Origin: Anthoceros angustus
Lineage: Eukaryota > Plantae > Anthocerotophyta
Assembly (NCBI GenBank): GCA_010909165.1
Contig: MU008156.1
Span: 186,001 to 250,000 of the forward strand
Length of the DNA stretch: 64,000 bases
Direction of reading: 5' to 3'
The notes beneath the pieces are model-generated. The model did no database searches. It saw only the letters and a list, made by a program, of their open reading frames with translations, and was not told the DNA's origin. Every line of letters starts with the position of its first letter. The stretch's first letter is position 1. A program made the translations under genes and the position numbers. Shown here one piece after another: positions 51,186 through 60,417 of the stretch.

Positions 51186-51870
51186 TGTCCATCCCAAATC
51201 GGCAAGTGCGTGCAAAACAGCCAACTTTGTTGAACCTCCACCCCCAAACCTCCAAAACGCAAAAGGACAAGTCAATGTCGAAGGACGAGCTTGGAACGAA
51301 GAGTGGGAGGAGGTTGGTGGTGGTCATGACCACCAACATCCGCACACCGAAAGTCGACTCCTCCCACAAGGAGCATCGATGGGAAGAGGGCCTTCACAAG
51401 GGACATCAGGAGGCCCGGCAAGCAAGGAGCATCGACGCTTTGCAACATTTTTCGATGATATCGGATTGTGCGGGGACCACATTGGAGAATCCTTTCACTA
51501 CAATGAGAAGAATGTGTTGACTAGATTTGCGATCTATCGAGCAGGGCTCTTGGACAAGGAATGGTGCATCCATGAAGAAGGAACCGACTCACAGAGAATT
51601 TTGATCCCATCCCCGGTGAACGGGTATATGGATGCGTTGAGGACGAAGATTGTGGTTGGGTACATTCTATGGGCTTGGAAGTATGAAGTCGGCGCAATCA
51701 AACTCTTGATATGCACAATGAGGAGAAGTTCTTTTGAGGAATTCTAATCATCGTGGTCTTGAGTGCGGACAACTGATTCAAGGCGATGCAATACCAAGAC
51801 TGCGAGTGACGCCATGACAAGTGACAAGGTATGTGGACGAGATGATTATAGCTTTACAAGTTTTTTCGAT
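51186..51870 (+). pseudogene. Unknown TE-borne ORF, frameshifted (copy at ~47170-47870)
   Basis: Coding-like frame FATFFDDIGLCGDHIGESFHYNEKNVLTRFAIYR..EWCIHEEGTDSQRILIP..GYMDALRT..VGYILWAWKYEV is seen in both duplicated copies. Confidence 0.4.
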
Positions 51871-51909
51871 GGCGGCATGTCATGTTTCGTGATGCAGCAT
51901 GCTGCACCA

Positions 51910-52360
51910 GGCGCGCGCTGCGCGCGCATGCGCGCAGTGCGCGCGCATGCGCGCGCATGCGCGCACATGCGCGCACATGCGCGCATGCGCGCATGCGCGC
52001 GCATGCGCGCGCGCGCGCGCGCATGGCCCATGGAGGGCGCGCGCGCGCGCTGCGCGCGCGCACTTGCGCGATGGAGTGAGACCTATGCGCGCGCGCGCGC
52101 ATGCGCGCATGCGCGCGCGCAGTGCGCGCGCATGCGCGCGCATGCGCGCGCATGCGCGCGCGCATGCGCGCGCGCGCATGCGCGCGCGCGCGCAGTCATG
52201 GCCTCGCGCGCGCGCACTTGCGCGCATGCGCGCATGCGCGCAGTGCGCGCGCGCATGCGCGCAGCGCGCGCGCAGTGCGCGCGCATGCGCGCGCATGCGC
52301 GCGCGCACTTGCGCGCATGCGCGCGCAGGCGCGCGCTGCGCGCGCGCCGTGCGCGCCTCG
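51910..52360. repeat. (GC)n/GCGCGCAT low-complexity tract
   Basis: Directly visible. Confidence 0.9.
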
Positions 52361-52519
52361 TGTGCACTGCCGGCCGAGGTGCTGTTTGACGGCCGTGTTG
52401 CCCAACCGAGGATCTGAATGTATTTGGTTGATGTATCGTTAATGGAGTAATGGTTGTCTTTTTATTGCGGACATTCGGGACTATGCCGGCTTTCTCCAAA
52501 AGAAATAGTTCTAGGGTTG

Positions 52520-55500
52520 ATGATGATGAAGATGGCCGAACAAGCATGTGAAAGCGATCCTCCGGAGATAGCGATGGAGGCTAGGAAAAGCGATTCGCAA
52601 CCACGACCAAAGCACCGCCATCAGCTCAATAGGGAAATTCGATGACGATTCAATGGAACAAGAAAGAGAGGTACTTGCACAGTATAGATATTCGGATGAC
52701 GCGATAGTGGAGAATATGAAGAGCATGAAACCGCAAATGAAGATGTTGAGGACGAGATGCATCGACAACCGGCGAGTTGAAGCACGACAACAACAGAGAG
52801 GATATACATAGCGAGGGGCTCAAAACGTTCGTCAAATGTCCCAAGAATCGCCATGCATTGAGGATGCCCAGCTTCTACAAAGTTTGGACAAGAGGGTCAA
52901 AGAATCATGAAGGAGCGAGCGTACAACCAACCTCAAGGAGGTAGACGCGATGTTCCAGCCACCGCAAGGACGAAAGGTAAACCAAAAGCGGAAAAGAGGA
53001 AGAGGAATGACATTGACGAGACACCGACGGGCGCGTCATCACCAAAGCTGTGCTAACGGACAACGATGAGTGGAGCGAGCGCAACAGCATAAGGACCCGT
53101 TACATCAAATTCGAGTCGGCACAAAAGAGGTGCATTCCGCATACGATATGGTTGCCATCACCAAGTTGAAGCGCAGACTACATTACTCGTGGCCTTTCGG
53201 ATCCAAGAGTGGATGAATCGTGGGGAAAACATCTTCTCGGAAATTAAAAGGGACCTGCAAGAGGGAGTACTTCCTCTGCTATGTATGATCGATCCAAGGG
53301 AGTGCGCAAGCGTGGAGGTCTTTGACAAAGACAAGTTGAAAAGGCAGCAGTACACCATGGGAGTATTGGGTGGGAACCACAGCTTCTATGCGTTCCAACG
53401 CCTGTACGCAGAAGACCCGGAGAACTCACACTTCCAGTATATGGAAGCTCATATATATGCAGGCTTAACCCAGGCAGAGATGCGGTGTCTGGCCACGATC
53501 ACAATGTCAAGGCAGATTTCCGGAAGAGGATGTCTTTCATTGAGCAAGTCCGGTATATTCACGATGAAATGAAAATTGCGGCTGAGGAGGGTATTAGCAT
53601 TACAATGGATTGGAAGTACAATCTATATCGGATGCTAGGCGTCATCGGCCGGTCGGGAAGAAATGCGGACCTGTGAAACTGCGTCTATGCATTGCTAGTG
53701 TCCCGCCTCATGTGTGGACACGGGTGGACGAGGTTTTCGATCTTTGGGAGAGGGTGAGCTTCCGAGCAAGGTAACCGGAAGAAAGGCAGCAAGAGGGGAA
53801 ATCAAAGCGTGGGGCGGATACGAGCCGCGGATCCAAATTTGATTATAAAGCCAATGCATGCGACCAATTGAGAGTTTTCAGGCATGCCTCCGAAGCGGTG
53901 AAAGGATTATGTTATGCTGGAGAAAGTGATTCAAGGCGAGTTGACCGTGAGCGGCATGAAAACGTGGATAACGAAGGCCAAGAAGTTGAATGTCATCCAG
54001 ACAGCATTTTGCTCTGGACTGAGGTGCAATTCATTTGCAGAAGTTGAGCGAGAATATCCGAGGCACTCAACACCAGAAGATATAGCGAAATTTCAACCGG
54101 TGTTTGATCACATTGTAAGTACACAGTGTATTGTCCGCTTCTGAGTTAGCAAGTGCGCAAACTAGTTTGCGCACTCGTCTTCATGTTGCACCTATGAACG
54201 TCTCCATCCTGTGCAGACACTGAAGCAGGCTGAAGAGTACAAAGAGAAGATGATACCCGATAGCTTCAAAGAGCACATCAATGCGGCAAGAAATTGGAAG
54301 AGGGTGGAAGATTTGCAGAGAGAGCTGGCAGAGGAAGACAACGACGCAAAACTAGACATTTTCCATGTTCCGAAAAGCAAGCAAAAGGTCCGTTACCAGG
54401 TAATAACTGGTGATATTCGTGAAATGGCTGCCTACTTGGGGAAAAGAGAATACAAGCTGTTGGTCGTCGATTTACCAAGGGGCAATTTATCGGAGACATG
54501 GGATAAGGAGATGACATGTGAGGATTTGGAGAAGATAATGGATGGATTCATGACAATCACCGAATGCAAGACTTTCCGCGTGATATTCATGCATGGACCA
54601 GACCAGATGCAGGATGTCCAAAATGCACTGCGAAAATGGTGTGAAAAGGGGGTTTATACAATGGTGCAGGAGAAAGACAATTTGGTCTCGGACGAGGACT
54701 TTACGAGCTGAGTACATGATGGGGTATGGTGTTCACCCAACTGTTGAAGATATGAGGAAGTGCGGTGCATTGTCCAATAGTCGGCGTAGATTGGAGCAAT
54801 GCCTGCGTTTATTCGACATAGCGCAGTCGTGAAGAAACTTTTGAATGTGTCCAACGATGGCCATGTTGTTTCTCCTTACCAAAAGCCAATAGGGTTGATG
54901 GTCGCTATGACCTATTCACGAAGAGGGAATGGGTTATAGATGGATGCTCGGAAGCGGAGTGGAATACTTGCGGCATTCTTGGAAGGCGGAGCGTATTCTG
55001 TTGACCAAGAACAGAGGAGCACAATATTCATCGAACAGTACATTACAGGCCATGAAGTGTTTCCTACAGACGAGGAAGAGTTGACCACCAAACCACAGCG
55101 TGGACATCCGGTTTTGCCAAAGAGATGGCGGCGGGGAGATCAGTTAAGCCGGGGCAACGCTACACTTGGTTCAAGGAACATGCGCACCCATCGACCTTCA
55201 AGACTTGAGTCAATCACGGGGCCCCAAGAAGAAGGAGAAAGATGGCAAAAGGTCCGGATAACCCTAAGAACCCAGACGGAAAGAAGTGCGAGACCGAGAA
55301 AGCGACCCTACTTGGGACAACCAACATCTAGAGCGTTTGGCTTTGGCGAATCCCAAGGTGGAGAAACGCCATATCTTCCTCTTGCTATTTACGATCCATA
55401 GCGGCTGCGAACGATGACATCGTCGTCCAGGACGGAAAGACAACATTCGCCAAACTAGCTAGAAACATACACCGTTGTCATGTGGTGGATCTGTTTAAAT

Positions 55501-55890
55501 GTGAGTCGCGCACAAGTTTGTGCACAAAATCGTGGCGGTCCCGAGAGGAAAAAGGCGATCGTGAATGTCTGTGGATCGTTTTCCCTCGTAATTCCGATGT
55601 CCAATGTGAGATATCGTGTATCGCAACAATAGTTGAAATGTTTGCGGGTGACATGTCATGGGAGAAATACCAAAAAGGCTGATTCCAGTGCGGATTTCCG
55701 ACGTGTGCAGAAAGGGGTCCGGATACGTCCGTGTGCCCACTACTAGGGAGAGGGGTGTTTTACAAAACCCCTTTTGCAAATCCCCCAATCTTTACAACGT
55801 CTAAACACCTCCGTTGTAAATTGGTTTGAGTTTCGCTGATGTGGCAAGTTTTAAGACTCGGTTTACAGCGGGGTTTCTAGTTGGATGATG
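52520..55890 (+). CDS. TE-encoded ParB/Srx-like + beta-class N6A/N4C DNA methyltransferase-like + Cys-rich protein; frameshifted in this assembly; intron 54115-54216
   Basis: Acidic/basic N-terminus; VLGGNHSFYAF..YAGLT..L..DHN (ParB-like); VITGDIRE..YKLLVVDLPRG....WD (motif IV-like); PYQKPIGLM; EWVIDGCSGSGSGILAAFLEG...VDQ (SAM motif I, reconstructed from two copies). Confidence 0.7.
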
Positions 55891-55909
55891 TGGCACTCTT
55901 TTGGGTGCT

Positions 55910-56625
55910 CATTTACAACAACGGATTGATGGCGTGGCTCCCACGTTGTAGATTACGTTGTAAAAGCTTTTTCAAAATTTGATCTTTATTTTTCTAAAAT
56001 CTTTATTAACATCACTAATCACAAAAATATGATTGGAAGCCATTTACAACGATGCGATGACGTGGCTCCTTGTTGTAGATTACGTTGTAAAAGCCTTTTC
56101 TCAAAATTTGTTCTTTATTTCTTCAAAACTCTTTGTTATTATTATTAACCACAAAAATATGATTGGAAGCCATTTACAACATGCGATGGTGGCTCCTTGT
56201 TGTAGATTACGTTGTAAAAGCCTTTTCTCAAAATTTGTTCTTTATTTCTTCAAAACTCTTTTATTATTATTATTAATCACAAAAATATGATTGGAGGCCA
56301 TTTACAACGATTGATGACATGGCTCCCTTGTTGTAGATTACGTTGTAAAACATTTTTCTCAAAATGTGTTCTTTATTTGTTTAACTCTTTTATTATTATT
56401 ATTAATCACAAAAATATGATAGGAGGCCATTTACAACGATTGATGACATGGCTTCCTTGTTGTAGATTACGTTGTAAAGTAATTTTCTCAAAATGTGTTC
56501 TTTATTTTTTAAACTCTTTTATTATTGTTATTAATCACAAAAATATGATAGGAGGCCATTTACAACGATTGATGACGTGATTCCCTTGTTGTAGATTACG
56601 TTGTAAAGCATTTTTCTTCAAAATG
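55910..56625. repeat. ~129-bp tandem array, 6 units, each with inverted repeat TTTACAACG...CGTTGTAAA
   Basis: CATTTACAAC starts at 55910, 56041, 56171, 56299, 56428 and 56557. Confidence 0.92.
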
Positions 56626-56639
56626 TGAGGCGGGAGGCT

Positions 56640-58872
56640 ATTGGAAGAGGGTGGAAGAGAGAGTCGGGCAGAGGAAGACAACGACGAAAACTAGACATTT
56701 TCCATGTTCAAAAGCAAGCAAAGGTCCGTACTGTAATAACGGTGATATTCGTGAAATGGCTGCCTACTTGGGGAAAAGAGAATACAAGTCGTTGGTCGCC
56801 GATTTACCAAGGGCAATTTATCGAGACATGGGATAAGGAGATGACATGTGAGGATTTGGAGAAGATAATGGATGGATTCATGACAATCACCGAATGCAAG
56901 ACTTTCCCGTGATATTCATGCATGGACCGACCATGGATGTCCAAATGCACTAAAATGGTGTGAAAAGGGGGTTTATACAATGGTCCGGGAGAAAGACAAC
57001 TTGGTTTCGGACGAGGACTTTACGAGAATCAGTACATGATGTGGTATGGTGTTCACCCAACTGCTGAAGATATGAGGAAGTGCGTGCATTGTCCAATAGT
57101 GCCCGAGATTGGAGCAATGCTGCTTATTCGATAGCGCAATGTGAAGAAACTTTTGAATGTGTCCAACGATGGCCATGTTGTTTCTCCTTACCAAAAGCCA
57201 ATAGGGTTGATGGTCCTGACCTATTCACGTAAAAGAGGGAATGGGTTATAGATGGATGCTCGGAAGCGGGAGTGGAATACTTGCATTATCGGAAGGCGGA
57301 ATTGTCAGACCAAGAACAGGAGCACAATATTCAACAGCGACATAGCAGGCCATGAAGTGTTTATGAGGAAGAGTTGACCACCAAACCACACAAACGTGGA
57401 CATCCGTTTTGCCAAAGAGATGGCTGCAGGAGATCGTTAAGCCTGTGGCCGCAACGCTACACTTGGTTCAAGGAACATGCGCACCCATCGACCTTCAAGA
57501 CTTGAGTCAAAGGGCCGAAGAAGAAGGAGAAAGATGGCAAAAAGGTCCGAAACCCTAAGAACCAAGACGAAGAAGAAGTAAGAAAGCGACTACTTGGGAC
57601 AACCAACATCCGAGACGCGCGCGAATCCCAAGGTGGAGAAACGCCATATCTTCCTCTTGCTATTTACGATCCGCACCCGAGAGAACGATGACATCGCGTC
57701 CGAGGACGGAAAGACAACATTCGCCAAACTAGCTAGAAACATAATTGTCATGTGGTGGATCTGTTTAAATGTGAGTGCGACAAGTTTGTGCACAAATGCG
57801 GGCTGAAGGTGTGAGTGAATGTACGTGGATCGTTTTCCTCGTAATTCCGATGTCAATGTGAGATATCGTGTATCGCAACAATAGTTGAAATGTTTGCGGG
57901 TGACATGTCATGGGAGAAATACCAAAAGGTGATTCACGGATTTCCGGCGTGTGCGAAAGGGGTCGGATCGTCCGTGTGCCCACTACTAGGAGAGGGTGTT
58001 TTACAAAACCCTTTTGCAAATCCCCAATCTTTACAACGTCTAAACACCTCCGTTGTAAATTGGTTTGAGTTTGTTGATGTGGCAAGTTTTAAGACTCGGT
58101 TTACAGCGGGGTTTCTAGTTGGATGATGTGGCACTCTTTTGGGTGCTCATTTACAACAACGGATTGATGACGTGATTCCCTTGTTGTAGATTACGTTGTA
58201 AAGCATTTTTCTTCAAAATTCTTTATTTTTTAAACTCTTTATTATTGTTATTAATCACAAAAATATGATAGGAGGCCATTTACAACGATTGATGACGTGA
58301 TTCCCTTGTTGTAGATTACGTTGTAAAGCCTTTTCTCAAAATGTGTTCTTTATTTTTTAAACTCTTTATTATTGTTATTAATCACAAAAATATGATAGGA
58401 GGCCATTTACAACGATTGATGACGTGATTCCCTTGTTGTAGATTACGTTGTAAAAGCCTTTTTCTCAAAATGTGTTCTTTATTTTTTAAACTCTTTATTA
58501 TTGTTATTAATCACAAAAATATGATAGGAGGCCATTTACAACGATTGATGACGTGATTCCCTTGTTGTAGATTACGTTGTAAAGCATTTTTCTTCAAAAT
58601 TCTTTATTTTTTAAACTCTTTATTATTGTTATTAATCACAAAAATATGATAGGAGGCCATTTACAACGATTGATGACGTGATTCCCTTGTTGTAGATTAC
58701 GTTGTAAAGTAATTTTCTCAAAATGTGTTCTTTATTTTTTAAACTCTTTATTATTGTTATTAATCACAAAAATATGATAGGAGGCCATTTACAACGATTG
58801 ATGACGTGATTCCCTTGTTGTAGATTACGTTGTAAAGCATTTTTCTTCAAAATGTGAGGCGGGAGGCTATTT
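56640..58872. repeat. Second copy of a ~2.3-kb tandem duplication (first copy ~54292-56640); includes a degenerate MTase 3' half
   Basis: Colinear with 54292-56640; junction GGGAGGCTATT|GGAAGAGGGTGGAAG. Confidence 0.9.
58148..58852. repeat. ~127-bp tandem array, 6 units (copy of 55910-56625)
   Basis: CATTTACAAC at 58148, 58277, 58404, 58533, 58658 and 58786. Confidence 0.92.
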
Positions 58873-59147
58873 TAAATTTGATTGGGGTTATTTTGTGGGG
58901 GCATGATGAGCGCGTCCATTCAAAATGCGGGCGTGCCACTCGGCTCGCACTCCATTAATCCCAGCCCTTACACACACCGCATGGAGAGGGAAAAAGTTGA
59001 GAGGGGCTGCTAGTGCTCTAATACTAGTACGTCACGCTCTTTAGCATTTTCTTTAGTGTTCTTATTGTGAGCAGGTACCACCTCTATGCCCACAAGCAAG
59101 TGCGCACTGCCCCGATGGTACATGTTCGTACATGCTTACCTTTCGCA

Positions 59148-59384
59148 GGCCATTGTATGGCCAGCCATTGTCGGGCGTTGGGCGCCATCAAGGCGTTAAT
59201 TGGGTGCCATTGTTGGGCGTTGGGCACCATTGTCGCTGCTAACTGGGCGCCATTGTTAAGCGTTAATTGGGTGCCATTGTTGGGCGCACCATTGTCGCTG
59301 CTAACTGGGCGCCATTGTTAGGCGTTAATTGGGCGTTAATTGGGCTCCTGAAACCCCTTTTGGCGCCAAAAGGGGTTTCAGGAG
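59148..59384. repeat. Short GCCATTGT/TTGGGCG subterminal-like repeats ending in a perfect 40-bp palindrome (59345-59384)
   Basis: CTCCTGAAACCCCTTTTGGC|GCCAAAAGGGGTTTCAGGAG is self-reverse-complementary. Confidence 0.85.
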
Positions 59385-60417
59385 AAACCCCTTTCAAAAC
59401 AGACGCTGTTATAGATGGAGATGCATCTAGTATGCACACACAAATTTTCTGCATTAGAAGATGTGCAGAAAGATGTGTTTTATTATTGTTTTGAATAATA
59501 ACATGTCCTTGAAAAGGAACTTTTAAAGAAACATCAAGAAATGAATTTTGTGTTGCTTTTCTTTAAAAATCTATACAAATTCTTGCTGCATTAGGTAGCC
59601 ATTCTAGCGTGCATTCATTGAATTGCTCCTTGAGCAATTGCAATGAACATACACTAGAACAATGCCCAATGGGCAAAATTATATATAGAAAAATACAAAA
59701 GAAATATAAGATGCACTGCACTTATAAAACACAAATCCTGTTCGCACATGGCCAATTTAGATGCGCACGCAGCGCGCAACACCGCTACTCGTAATCATCC
59801 TAGGCAAAATAGGTCAAGAATTGATGGGCACACAATTGCTTCGATTACATTCGGCATCCTACAATGGAGCCAACAAAACCAAAATAGACCTATGCAAATT
59901 GCTGATCCGAGAGACGATTTAATACTATTGTGGAATTTCTCTATCCTCAAGAGCGAGAATCGGTGTTTACTCTTCCTCCAAGAAATCCACTAAATTTGCA
60001 GTGCGTGTACAAAGAGCTTTTGATGGAAACGGCAGCCCGTGGTTTCATCACAACTCAAGCGCCACAAACACAGTGTCGGCACAATAATTAATCGCATCAA
60101 GCAAATAACAGGATAGTGATGACGCACACAAATTAATGGACACTTGTCTGACAAGCGTTGACTTACGGGATCCGAAGGAGCAAGTTGCACACTTGGACTA
60201 CAAGCTGGTTATCTTGTTGAAGCCCGAGATGCTCAAAAATCCGTGTTGAAACACGTAAACACGCAAGTAAGACAAATCGTGAGCGAAGCTTTAGCTCACT
60301 TAACTCGTGTCCATCTTGCTCCACGTATGCCTACAATAGGTTCGAGATGAGGAGCTCCAAAATTGCCTACGAGGAGGATCGGGATCAAAACCTGCAACGC
60401 CAGAATCAACAAGCGTT

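Larger units (their letters stand above)
49377..53342. repeat. Second copy of a ~4.1-kb tandem duplication (first copy 45252-49386)
   Basis: Colinear similarity (e.g. 45270 vs 49392, 47150 vs 51165, 48570 vs 52520); junction microhomology CAAGTTGAAAA. Confidence 0.9.

Noticed and set aside
44331-52547. Many Arg/Ala-rich ORFs (RARARA...) in the ORF track
   Set aside because: They are translation products of stop-free (GC)n tracts in all six frames.
52520-55890. Bacterial or phage contamination as the source of the ParB-MTase
   Set aside because: The gene has a spliceosomal GT-AG intron and is embedded among eukaryotic TEs contiguous with plant genes; the contig join should still be verified with reads.
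55910-58852. Repeat arrays as a CRISPR array
   Set aside because: The whole ~128-bp unit is repeated with no unique spacers, there are no cas genes, and the context is eukaryotic.
60330-60350. Primer-binding site / LTR end of the copia element
   Set aside because: CCTACA-ATAGGTTCGAG is only loosely PBS-like and no second LTR is in the window, so the boundaries cannot be supported.
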